Below, in pieces: positions 40,201-48,337 of a DNA stretch of 64,000 nucleotides. Each line of letters begins with the position of its first letter. Position 1 is the stretch's first letter. This DNA is from an uncultured Anaerotruncus sp. Lineage in GTDB: Bacteria; Bacillota; Clostridia; Oscillospirales; Acutalibacteraceae. The stretch covers positions 170,569 to 234,568 of the forward strand of contig UQDL01000001.1 of the NCBI GenBank assembly GCA_900539775.1. The letters are read 5' to 3'. Both the position numbers and the translations under genes were made by a program. Under the pieces are notes generated by a model. That model saw only the letters and a program-made list of their open reading frames with translations. It had not been told where the DNA came from and did no database searches.

Positions 40201-43200
40201 TCTTTGCAATGTTGAGCCGCTTGTAACATTCATTATGAGCGTTGTTAACGCAAATAAGGGCACAACAGACGGAAATACGGTTTCACTTGCATCACTCGGA
40301 AACGACTTTGTTGCTCAGGCAGCGGCAAATGATGTTCTTGATTCAATTGATATCAACAAAATTACAAAAGAATATTCAAACATTGTTTCCGACAGCGAAA
40401 ATGTTAAAGCTGCGGACGAATTATTAGATGCAGTTGACGAACTTCTTTCAACTCTCCTTTCTAACACATATATTGACGGTTTCACCGCAGATAAGGCAGA
40501 CGGTATCCTTTCCGCCGCAGTAACATTCCTTGTTAATCACTTTGGTGTTGACACTGCAAACGATATCCTTGATCTTGTTATGCAGTATGTTAAAACAATC
40601 AATGAAGGAAATGTTGCAACAGGCAACGGTTCGGTTGATGCCAAGAAGGTTTACTGCAAAGAAAACCTTTCAAACCTTGTTACACAAACCTATGTTCTTG
40701 CCGAAACAATTATTGACAGCCAGCTCAATGTTAAGGGCGACACCAATAAGCTTGTAAACAGCGCAATCAAGGGCATTATTTCCCCAAGCGCCATTGCTGT
40801 TCGCTCTGATTCAATCAACAGCAAGATCATGAAAGAGCAGAGCTGGACCGATCTTTCGGCAACCGGTTATGCAAAAGACCTTGGCTACAAAAACCTTGTT
40901 GCAGGCGATAAGAACACCTTCTTTAAAGATCTTATTGACTCACTCGGTGTTATTCCGGCAGTATTAGGCACAGTTCTTTGTGCAACAGGCTACTACAACG
41001 ATGTATTAAGCCCGATTCTTTCGGATGTTTGCGGCAATCTTGAAGTTTCTTACACAAGAACTCTTTCAGCCAATGCAAACGGTAAAGATGCAACATTCGC
41101 AGTTATTGATGTTGTTTCCAAGATTTTAAACAAAGTGCTTGAGGCTCCCGCTTCTTCACTTCTCGGCTTAATCAGAGGCCTTGCTATTAACTTTACAGAC
41201 GATAAGTTCGGCGTAACGGTTAAGGCAGCGGTTGCTCCGATTACAAACGAAATCAACGGTGCTGCTTCAATAGTTTCAACGCTTTCACCGTCACTCGGCG
41301 AAACAGTTTCCGGCTATGCAACACTTGTTAATGATTTTGTTAACACCAACATTCTTAAAGAAGACAATTACTTTGTTAACACAATCAATGCTATTCTTAC
41401 CGCTGTAGGCAAGGATGCAATTGACATTGATCTTAACTCATTGCTTGCTCTCGTTGGCAACACATCAAATGCAGAGCTTCTGCTTCTTGTTTACACTGTA
41501 GGCGTAAGCGTTATCACAAACAGCTCACTTCTCAGTTCATTGCTCAACGGCAAGTATCCCGGACTTGTTGATATGATTTCTAAGCTCTCTCCGAGCAAGC
41601 TTCTCACAATCATCAAAGAGGTTATCGCATCAACACAGAATCCTAAGGAAATCGTTTGGACCTTCACTAACTACGCTGCTCAGGCAAGCAACACATTCTC
41701 TTATCCCAAGGGAATCACAGCAACAGATGCCAACAACGCAGTAAGCAGCCTTGACGATCTTGTTAAAAACCTCTTCCCGCTTCTCAAGAGCTTCGGCGTT
41801 CTTGATGCAAACGGACTCAATGATATCATCAACGACAATCTCTTCACAAATGCTCTTATCACAAGCATTGCAACAGGCGTTTACGGCGCAATCGAAAAGA
41901 GCGTTGATCTTATCTCCCCTGCCGACCTTGCAGAATATCTTACAGATGCAAGCTACGGCGCAACTTACACATCTGCAGCCAACACACTTAAGGGCTGCGC
42001 TAAGTGGAGCGATGTTAAATCAGTTAACTGGGGCTTCACAGACGGCTCTTCTTCTGCACAGCAGGGCTTCGTTAATGCACTTGCAGCTCTTTGCAGACCT
42101 GTAAACGACATTGTTGCAGCTCTTCTTGCAGGCGGCGATGTTAACATCGGCGAGCTTCTTCAGTCTGTTCTTGATAAGCTTGAAATCAACACAACAACTT
42201 ATTCCGGCGACGTTAGAATTAAAATTTCTCTCAACAACAACATTCTTAATGTTGAGACATATAACACCGCTGCAACAGATGCACAAACAAACACCATTAA
42301 GGTTAATCTTAATGACATAATCGCTCAGCTTAAAGAGCTTGGCATCAAGGGCGGCAACGGCTACGAAAGCGCAATCGTTCCCCTTCTTGAAGCTCTTATG
42401 TGCGATAACATTAAGACTCCTGCTCAGTATCTCAACGATTATAAGAAGGCTAAGGATAACCTCCTTATCAACATTCTTAATCCAATCATCGGTTTCGTAA
42501 ACAAAGTTGCAGACAAACCGTTTGACACTCTTACGGCTGTTCTTCCGAACCTTGCTTACTTTATCGACAATAACGGCCTCGGCCAATTCCTTGATAACTT
42601 GCTTTCACCCGTTACAGACATCGTTAAGGTGCTTGAAAAGAACGGTGTAAGCGTAGACACAATCATTTCTGCAATTGCAGGCAAGTCACTTCCCGATCTT
42701 ATCGGCGGCCTCATCGGTGCAAACCTCAGCGGCCTTGATTTAAGAATCGGCAACCTTGCAAACTGCAACATTCAGGATTACCTTGCAGACATTATCAATG
42801 CTGTTCTTAAGAGCAACAATCTCAACATCAAGATCAGCAAGATTGATTTTGCATTCCTTGCAAGCCTTGGCGATCTTAACACAGTTTACGGCGCAGCAGG
42901 CACAACAAAACAAATCACAGCCAACCAAGGCCAGGTGCTTGTTACATTGCTTCGCTACATCGAAAATGTGCTTATCAACAACGCTTCTGCTATCAACAAG
43001 CTTCTTGGCGGCATTGATGCAATCAAGAAAAATGCAACAATAGGCGGCATCCTTGACAGCGTATTTGCAACAATTGCAACAGCTAACAGAGACGATATTG
43101 TTCTTGCAATTTTCTACTTCCTTCTTGCTCAGCCAACAGACACATTCTTTGATTATTCAAACTTCAAATACAAGGAATATCCGTTTGAATATCCTTCAAC

Positions 43201-44479
43201 GGTTGATGTTGATTTCTTAACCGTTATCGGCCCGATGCTTGACGGCCTTGTTGGCGGCCTTGTTCCCGGCGGACTTTCAAGCCTTGTAACAGCTAATGTT
43301 TACAAAGACAACATCATCAGCTCTTTGGCAACAGGCCTTTACGGCGCAGTTGAAAAGGTTAAGGTTGGCAATATGAGCCTTACCGATCTTCTTGCACAAA
43401 CAGGCATTGATTTCTCAACAGACAATGTTGCTTCACTTCTTACTGATAAGACATACGGCCAAAGCTTTGAAGCAGCAGCCAAAACAATTAAGAGCGCAGG
43501 CTCTTGGGCAAATGTTAAGGCTGATAAGCTTTCTTGGGGCGTAACAGACAGAGACAGCTTCTTGCATGCTCTTTGCGCAGCACTTCGCCCGATTTACGGC
43601 GTGCTTGATGTGCTTCTTAACGACGGCTCACTTGGCCTCTTCAATCTTATCTATCTTCCGGGTTCGGACGGATATACTTCCACAATCGTTCCGATCATGG
43701 AGGCATTCGGTCTTTACAACATTAAGACTCAGTATCAGTACAGACAGGATATGAGCAAGGAATACGATGCTATTCTTCTTGACATTCTTAACCCGCTTCT
43801 TGACAAGGTTGAGGATATCCTCAATGCTCCTGTTCAAACTCTTATGAGCATGCTTCCGAACCTTTCACTCTTCTTCGCAAATGACGGATTGCTTCAGGTT
43901 ATCGAAAACCTTACAACTCCGATCAGAGCTCTTCTTGATGCGGTTAAGCCAATTGCAAATGTTAACGACATTCTTGTGGCTGCCGGCCTCAATATTCAGA
44001 AGCTTCTTTCGGGCTATGGCCTTGTAGGCAGCGATTATAAGTTTAATATTTATGATCTTTCTGCTTCACTCAAGCCGCTCATCGGCTCTGAAAACATCGT
44101 TGGCCTTCTTAATAAGATTCTTGGCTTAATCAAGATCGGCGGTTCTCCGCTTGGCATAGAGCTTATGCCTATTGATTGGCTTCAGCTTGCTTCCCACGGT
44201 GAATTCATCGTTGACGAAGCTTCTCAGGCTTCCACCACAGGCAAGAGAATTTATGTTAAGGCTGATCCAAGCGAAGTTCTTATTGCATTCCTTCGTTACC
44301 TTATCAACACAGTAAACTATAAGGATAACTACAGCACCATCAGCAACCTCATCGGCGGCCTCATCGGCGGCGCAAGCAGCTCCGTATCTCAGGTAATTGA
44401 TCAGGTTCTCGGAATGCTTTCCGGCGACACGGATAAAGTTATCTCCGATCTTTGCGGACTTCTTCAAACTCTTGCTTAA
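37211..44479 (+). CDS. giant (2422-aa) secreted alpha-helical repeat protein, no anchor or catalytic motif recognised
   Basis: AAGGAGAG RBS then ATG 37211 (MKTSKRLLSLLLAVVMVITTCSVGMSAFAADKN, signal peptide). Internal ~400-aa tandem duplication in the C-terminal third (NALITSIATGVYGAIEKS... versus NIISSLATGLYGAVEKV..., and GYESAIVPLLEALMCDNIKT... versus GYTSTIVPIMEAFGLYNIKT...). Strong terminator downstream. Confidence 0.75.
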   Translation: MKTSKRLLSLLLAVVMVITTCSVGMSAFAADKNDDVFTYVTDEGKAVDITYESLNNLINTYAPEIIKLLGDKLTGLGVNVDEVCASDKPIYELLAQLSPALIKLMGSSSVTDEVIKDILLDAGIIGDDVAESDQLDAVKFAYVQYAYLNDAAAPMSIWNLYQFCMDNEKADDKDLKNYCKDTKAVLIDLLKAFDEAFTVAKLSVDSDFATVEEYVRTQVIGGSQFEENEFAVNNKVDYFAPYLLSASCYTADDAGKLAEALNAGLSGSITKIPASLANAKDVVAQGNGFSGKKLSEINASSDANVAAFINKVVSLCKAVNAPISENPSLGEAAFWYYNQPIRSKNATLTAVLTNLSGEAITVSDGGITTFTVQPGEYFYDVCKQEDLTYDVFAGLTGGVFPADAATDSFYYALYETSFVWSDNIFDVFGSVPSEDEATKWMFQSEFTAEDFTAIKNRVADLVAAKGIVKPAETKETDFLKEQAAKITEEEFINGVGSVPAVTADGRFSNFLKFYFLNEVFSSVPLAEIAGWDGAEETISDAMKVAGTHAANIIRGYSEFTLSKAVVPTISAAYKWDDVKPSDKLAIEIVNNNINGYVDYVRKGIPGVNINIYAIAKDIIANLTDSLTLDTLLEKVTDIYKKLAEDPVKTIFELVPVIVVVLDDVLVPLLFNQDGPDEADMYYGQINGIVANLLNEKNLTQSTGSTVGIGKIGWNLNEVLPTLLHWLNGDNSYTYTYYNVDTTNPDKYIYNTPSTGAFGTKYDNDGKELNHVPVILNIYAVDKALAAASASDLTNGKDDMLKELLASVMNLAVENVDNYVAEHGNDVGKYIVGQDGTKQIVFRGLNNVLVALPSIISNIGESFLAQFDVPSDWSFGEFKTDANGCKYNVSAKEFKDLCKNNSPASEVLKTFVDMFVNNWFNALTDFLNDVVSTNNTITTKLPVVASLLQALDLFGETSILTDALNGFFLMNREHKDSFTFEPQPNGYVGISTLSAYFLLCNVEPLVTFIMSVVNANKGTTDGNTVSLASLGNDFVAQAAANDVLDSIDINKITKEYSNIVSDSENVKAADELLDAVDELLSTLLSNTYIDGFTADKADGILSAAVTFLVNHFGVDTANDILDLVMQYVKTINEGNVATGNGSVDAKKVYCKENLSNLVTQTYVLAETIIDSQLNVKGDTNKLVNSAIKGIISPSAIAVRSDSINSKIMKEQSWTDLSATGYAKDLGYKNLVAGDKNTFFKDLIDSLGVIPAVLGTVLCATGYYNDVLSPILSDVCGNLEVSYTRTLSANANGKDATFAVIDVVSKILNKVLEAPASSLLGLIRGLAINFTDDKFGVTVKAAVAPITNEINGAASIVSTLSPSLGETVSGYATLVNDFVNTNILKEDNYFVNTINAILTAVGKDAIDIDLNSLLALVGNTSNAELLLLVYTVGVSVITNSSLLSSLLNGKYPGLVDMISKLSPSKLLTIIKEVIASTQNPKEIVWTFTNYAAQASNTFSYPKGITATDANNAVSSLDDLVKNLFPLLKSFGVLDANGLNDIINDNLFTNALITSIATGVYGAIEKSVDLISPADLAEYLTDASYGATYTSAANTLKGCAKWSDVKSVNWGFTDGSSSAQQGFVNALAALCRPVNDIVAALLAGGDVNIGELLQSVLDKLEINTTTYSGDVRIKISLNNNILNVETYNTAATDAQTNTIKVNLNDIIAQLKELGIKGGNGYESAIVPLLEALMCDNIKTPAQYLNDYKKAKDNLLINILNPIIGFVNKVADKPFDTLTAVLPNLAYFIDNNGLGQFLDNLLSPVTDIVKVLEKNGVSVDTIISAIAGKSLPDLIGGLIGANLSGLDLRIGNLANCNIQDYLADIINAVLKSNNLNIKISKIDFAFLASLGDLNTVYGAAGTTKQITANQGQVLVTLLRYIENVLINNASAINKLLGGIDAIKKNATIGGILDSVFATIATANRDDIVLAIFYFLLAQPTDTFFDYSNFKYKEYPFEYPSTVDVDFLTVIGPMLDGLVGGLVPGGLSSLVTANVYKDNIISSLATGLYGAVEKVKVGNMSLTDLLAQTGIDFSTDNVASLLTDKTYGQSFEAAAKTIKSAGSWANVKADKLSWGVTDRDSFLHALCAALRPIYGVLDVLLNDGSLGLFNLIYLPGSDGYTSTIVPIMEAFGLYNIKTQYQYRQDMSKEYDAILLDILNPLLDKVEDILNAPVQTLMSMLPNLSLFFANDGLLQVIENLTTPIRALLDAVKPIANVNDILVAAGLNIQKLLSGYGLVGSDYKFNIYDLSASLKPLIGSENIVGLLNKILGLIKIGGSPLGIELMPIDWLQLASHGEFIVDEASQASTTGKRIYVKADPSEVLIAFLRYLINTVNYKDNYSTISNLIGGLIGGASSSVSQVIDQVLGMLSGDTDKVISDLCGLLQTLA

Positions 44480-44512
44480 TTCAAATTGAATAAAGCAAAA
44501 GCTTAAAAAATT

Positions 44513-44545
44513 AAGAGCACCTCTTCGGAGGTGCTCTTTTTCTTT
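44513..44545 (+). terminator. rho-independent terminator (gagcacctc-ttcg-gaggtgctc plus T-run)
   Basis: Perfect 9-bp stem with tetraloop, followed by tttttc. Confidence 0.8.
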
Positions 44546-44683
44546 GCCTGCAATGCTCTTTGCCAAAAGTTATTCTGCCTTATTCGGCAATAGCTTCAGG
44601 CAATAATCTCAAAGCATGCAAACATAATATTTTGATTATATATGAAAAATCCGCAGCTCCGAAAATGTTTCCCGTGCTGCGGA

Positions 44684-44884
44684 TTATTCTTTAACAAACT
44701 TTATAATATCGCCGACTTCGCAATCAAGCGCATAGCAAAGCGCATCCAAGGTTTTTGTGCTTATTGCCTCGCCCTTTTTCATTCTGTAAAATGTGTTTGC
44801 CGAAAAGCCCTGCTTATATATTAAATAATATTCCGTTATATTCTTTTTAAACAGCGTTTCGTAAAACGGCTTATAACTTATCAT
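44684..44884 (-). CDS. XRE/Cro-C1-family helix-turn-helix transcriptional regulator (66 aa)
   Basis: NITEYYLIYKQGFSANTFYRMKKGEAISTKTLDALCYALDCEVGDI, a typical short HTH_XRE. GGTGAT RBS. Divergent from the zinc-ribbon gene. Confidence 0.75.
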   Translation of the reverse strand: MISYKPFYETLFKKNITEYYLIYKQGFSANTFYRMKKGEAISTKTLDALCYALDCEVGDIIKFVKE

Positions 44885-44919
44885 ATTATCACCGTTGTAA
44901 TTTTATCATACTCAACAGC

Positions 44920-44948
44920 TTGACAATACTCAATATATTGAGTATAAT
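44920..44948 (+). promoter_or_regulatory. consensus sigma-A promoter TTGACA-17-TATAAT with embedded perfect 20-bp palindromic operator
   Basis: ttgaca atactcaatatattgag tataat. The palindrome ATACTCAATAT/ATATTGAGTAT spans 44926-44945. A degenerate second half-site ttcaatatattgggtat lies at ~44956-44972. Confidence 0.6.
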
Positions 44949-45010
44949 GATATATATTCAATATATTGGGTATGCATATGCATATTATTTTTTGATAAAA
45001 GGAGAAAATT

Positions 45011-45547
45011 ATGTATTGTAAAAATTGTGGTAAGCCGATGAATGATAATCAGGCAATCTGCTTGAATTGCGGCGTAAATGCCGGGTGCGGCAATAAATTT
45101 TGCGCAAACTGCGGAGAGCCGGTGAACGAAAACGCCGCCGTTTGCACGCATTGCGGCGTTGCAATCAAAAAAATCGCACAGCCCCAAGCTGGTGCGGTTT
45201 TGAGCAAAGAAGAGGCATATAAAAAGCTTGCCGAATACGAAAAAACAGCGGCAATCATTTGGTTTGTTATAGCCGCGCTGCAAATTATCGGCGGCATATT
45301 TACCTATTACGCCCCTGTTCTTGTGGGTTGCTGGAATATTTACACGGGAATTCAGCGCATCAAACACAGCAAAACCCTTGCCGATATGCCTGCCGGAATA
45401 TATGAGTATTATGAAAAGCAAGGCACAACAAATATCATTTTCCTTGTTGTTAATATTATTTTGGGCGGACTCATCGGCGGTATCGCCTCGGGTTATGATA
45501 TTTATATCAGAAACTTCGTTATGAAAAACAAAGAAGCATTTGAATAA
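45011..45547 (+). CDS. double zinc-ribbon membrane protein (two CxxCG...CxxCG ribbons plus two or three C-terminal TM helices)
   Basis: AAAGGAG RBS. MYCKNCGKPM...CLNCG and FCANCGEP...CTHCG. Hydrophobic AAIIWFVIAALQIIGGIF and IIFLVVNIILGGLIGGIASG. Confidence 0.65.
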   Translation: MYCKNCGKPMNDNQAICLNCGVNAGCGNKFCANCGEPVNENAAVCTHCGVAIKKIAQPQAGAVLSKEEAYKKLAEYEKTAAIIWFVIAALQIIGGIFTYYAPVLVGCWNIYTGIQRIKHSKTLADMPAGIYEYYEKQGTTNIIFLVVNIILGGLIGGIASGYDIYIRNFVMKNKEAFE

Positions 45548-45551
45548 CGCA

Positions 45552-45587
45552 CGGGCTGCAAAGTGATTTGCAGCCTTTTCTTTTTTG
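45552..45587 (+). terminator. rho-independent terminator (gggctgcaaa / tttgcagcc plus T-run)
   Basis: 9-bp stem followed by ttttcttttttg. Confidence 0.75.
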
Positions 45588-45810
45588 CAGATTGTGTGTT
45601 TGATTTTGCCGTGCGCTGCAAAACCGAAGCTGCACAAAATATATTTTTTCTTTACAACATTGACTGCACGGGTGTATAATGCTATTGTACGCACAATATT
45701 TTCTATTATGCCGATTTTATTTGCTGTGCGCAGAGCGGTGCCGAATATCGCCGCACAAAGCCAAATCGGTTTGGAGGTAACAGTGTGAAAAATCAAACTA
45801 TTTACATTAT

Positions 45811-45941
45811 ATTGCCTTCAAAATTTGCCTGAGGCATAATTTTTGAATGGCTGAAATCATCGTTACGCCTGTTCGGGCAACGCAGGCAATCAGGTGATTT
45901 TTAACAAACTGTTTGTTGCCTGAAAGGCTATGGTGATTACT
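45811..45941 (+). promoter_or_regulatory. conserved promoter+5' leader element, copy A (upstream of the M20 peptidase gene)
   Basis: Shares a ~130-nt conserved block with 47437-47565: ATTATATTGCC...GGCATA...CCTGTTcGGGCAACgCAGG...AGGTGATTTTTAA...TTTGTTGCCTGAAAGGCTATGGTGATTA. It contains TTGCCT-17-CATAAT, a hairpin, and GGCAAC/GTTGCC alternative pairing next to an AAAGG-ATG. Confidence 0.55.
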
Positions 45942-47417
45942 ATGAAAAAAGCATTATTGGCAATTCCCGCCGCAATAGGTGCAGGCCTTGCGGCAACGGC
46001 TGTTAAGGCAGCCGCTTTTAAGGCAGAGAAAAAAAGCGCAGCTCAGCTGCCGCCGGAGAATGTTGATGTTGAAAGAGCCGCCAAGCATCTTTCGCAGGCA
46101 ATTCAAATCAAAACCGTTTCAAGCGATGACTACAGCAAGGTGGACTGGAACGAATTTGAAAAATTTCACGCTTTCTTGGCAGAAGCTTTTCCGCTGATAG
46201 CAAAAACACTGAGCCGTGAAAATGTGAGCACGGCAAGCCTGCTTTATAAATGGCAGGGAACGGATGAAAGCCTGAAGCCGATTGCATTTTTATCGCACAT
46301 GGATGTTGTGCCGATTTCAGAGGGCACAGAGCAGGATTGGGAGCATCCGCCGTTTGAAGGATATATTGACGGCACCTTTGTTTGGGGCAGAGGCGCACTT
46401 GACATGAAAAATCATCTTATCTGCCTTATGGAAAGCATTGAAACCTTGCTTGAAGAGGGATTTGTGCCCGCACGCACCGTTTATCTTTGCTTTGGCCACA
46501 ACGAGGAAATAGTTGCATCTGCCACTTCCGGCGCAAACGACCTTATGGAAACGCTGAGAGCCCGTGGAATTGAATTAGACAGCATTATAGATGAAGGCGG
46601 AGCAATGTTGCCTGCTGAAGTAAAAGGCATTTTAAACGGCAAATTAGCGGGAATAGGCGTTGCCGAAAAAGGATATGCCGATTTCAGGCTTTCAATCAAA
46701 GCAAAAGGCGGCCATTCATCGCAGCCGCCGAAGCACACAGCAATAGGCGAAATATCCAAAGCCGTTGTTCGCCTTGAAAAAAATCAATTTAAGGGTGAAA
46801 TTCCCGATTACTTAAATAAAATGTTTATGGAGGTTGGCAGGCACTGCACATATCCGGGCAGATTTGTTATGTGCAATTACAAGCTTTTGCAGCCGCTTGT
46901 TAAAATAGCAATGCTGCAAATTCCGCCGGCAGCATCAATGGTGCACACCACAATGGGCGTTACAATGAGCAGCGGCAGCCCTGCCGCAAATGTGCTGCCG
47001 CAAAGCGCAAGCGTAACGGTTAACTGCCGCATTATGCCGGGCGAAACAATTGCTTCCACCGAGGAGCACATAAGAAAAGCAATTAAAAACAACAATATTG
47101 AAATAGAGCTGTTAAAGGGCAAAGAGCCTTCTCTTATTTCACCCACGGATACCAAATCATTCAAAACAATAAAAGAAATCGTTGAGGCAACAAACCCAAC
47201 GGCAATAGTAACCCCGTTTCTTGTTATGGGCGGCACTGACGCTTACCACTATGAGCCGATTTGCGAAAACATTTATCGCTTTGCGCCGTTTACCGTGCCC
47301 ACAGAGCTTTTGCTTACCACACATTCAACAAACGAAAGATGCCCGATTGAGCAGCTTGGCGAAGGAATAAGCTTTTTCAAGCGCTATATAAGAGCAATGA
47401 CAGCCGAGGAAAAATAA
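45942..47417 (+). CDS. M20-family metallopeptidase (ArgE/DapE/carboxypeptidase G2-like) with N-terminal signal/anchor
   Basis: MKKALLAIPAAIGAGLAATAVKAAA then SHMDVVP, WGRGALDMKN, FGHNEEI (M20 metal-binding motifs) and the dimerisation-domain region. In-frame ATG 45930 (MVIT) comes from the conserved leader. ATG 45942 is the more likely start. Confidence 0.75.
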   Translation: MKKALLAIPAAIGAGLAATAVKAAAFKAEKKSAAQLPPENVDVERAAKHLSQAIQIKTVSSDDYSKVDWNEFEKFHAFLAEAFPLIAKTLSRENVSTASLLYKWQGTDESLKPIAFLSHMDVVPISEGTEQDWEHPPFEGYIDGTFVWGRGALDMKNHLICLMESIETLLEEGFVPARTVYLCFGHNEEIVASATSGANDLMETLRARGIELDSIIDEGGAMLPAEVKGILNGKLAGIGVAEKGYADFRLSIKAKGGHSSQPPKHTAIGEISKAVVRLEKNQFKGEIPDYLNKMFMEVGRHCTYPGRFVMCNYKLLQPLVKIAMLQIPPAASMVHTTMGVTMSSGSPAANVLPQSASVTVNCRIMPGETIASTEEHIRKAIKNNNIEIELLKGKEPSLISPTDTKSFKTIKEIVEATNPTAIVTPFLVMGGTDAYHYEPICENIYRFAPFTVPTELLLTTHSTNERCPIEQLGEGISFFKRYIRAMTAEEK

Positions 47418-47436
47418 CGCAAAAACTTTCGCTGCT

Positions 47437-47565
47437 CGAATTATATTGCCCTTGCTGTTTTCCGAAGGCATAGGCAGAAAACACCGTTTACACCTGTTAG
47501 GGCAACACAGGATTTAAGGTGATTTTTAATAAAATATTTGTTGCCTGAAAGGCTATGGTGATTAA
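47437..47565 (+). promoter_or_regulatory. conserved promoter+5' leader element, copy B (upstream of the membrane-protein gene pair)
   Basis: See copy A. Here the conserved ATG (47555) opens a 19-codon uORF MVIKWILKKAHLCIHSAAP that overlaps the main start at 47566 out of frame. Confidence 0.55.
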
Positions 47566-48336
47566 ATGGATTTTAAAGAAAGCACATTTATGTATACACT
47601 CGGCGGCGCCGTAGTTGCTTTTGTTTTGGCACAATCCGTATTTTTTCTTGTGCGTGCTTATAAACAAGGCAAAAAAATAGGCATATCCGAAAAAACCATG
47701 AAAAACACAATCGTTTCAAGCTCGCTGTTTTCGATTGCCCCGTCAATTTCTATTTTGGCAACGATTATAACACTTTCCGGTGCACTCGGCCTTGTGCTGC
47801 CGTGGATAAGGCTTACGGTTATAGGCGCAATAACATATGAAGTGCCTGCCGCAGAAAGCGCTTTAAATGCCCTTGGGCAAATCGGCGGCCTCTCACAAGA
47901 GGTTACGGACCCGATGCAGTTTTCAACCATTGCATGGGTTATGACTCTCGGCTCCGTTATGCCACTGGTGTTAATTCCGTTTATGCTTAAATTCATTCAA
48001 AAAAAGGTTGGCGGAGTTGCAAGCAAAAATGCTGCATGGGCAAACACAATGAGCGCCGCTGCATTTATCGGTTTGATCAGCGCATTCATCGGCAGAGCCG
48101 TGCTCGGCAGCGGCGAGCCGGATCAGCTTGGAGACGGTGCAGGAGTTATGAGTGTTACTGCGCTTGTCGTTTCCATGCTGTGCATGATTGGCTTTATGAA
48201 GCTGCAAAAGAAGAAAAACATAACTTGGCTTGAGCCGCTGGCAATGCCGCTGAGCATGTTTATTTCGCTTGCCGTGGTAACGGTTTTAAGCCTTGTTTTA
48301 CCGGGCAACCTTGCATTGCTTGAATGGAGGGGCTGA
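47566..48336 (+). CDS. polytopic membrane protein of unknown function (first of a pair)
   Basis: 256 aa, ~7 TM. No family recognised with confidence. Confidence 0.55.
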   Translation: MDFKESTFMYTLGGAVVAFVLAQSVFFLVRAYKQGKKIGISEKTMKNTIVSSSLFSIAPSISILATIITLSGALGLVLPWIRLTVIGAITYEVPAAESALNALGQIGGLSQEVTDPMQFSTIAWVMTLGSVMPLVLIPFMLKFIQKKVGGVASKNAAWANTMSAAAFIGLISAFIGRAVLGSGEPDQLGDGAGVMSVTALVVSMLCMIGFMKLQKKKNITWLEPLAMPLSMFISLAVVTVLSLVLPGNLALLEWRG

Positions 48337-48337
48337 T

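Noticed and set aside
42020-42586. 188-aa minus-strand ORF inside the 2443-aa gene
   Set aside because: Antisense within a continuous 7.3-kb reading frame. No RBS.
44126-44566. 146-aa minus-strand ORF spanning the end of the giant gene and its terminator
   Set aside because: It overlaps the giant gene's 3' end and runs through its terminator hairpin, so it is implausible as a gene.
44930-45796. 288-aa minus-strand ORF overlapping the zinc-ribbon gene
   Set aside because: The opposite-strand zinc-ribbon gene has a consensus promoter, RBS and terminator. This ORF has no RBS and a low-complexity product.
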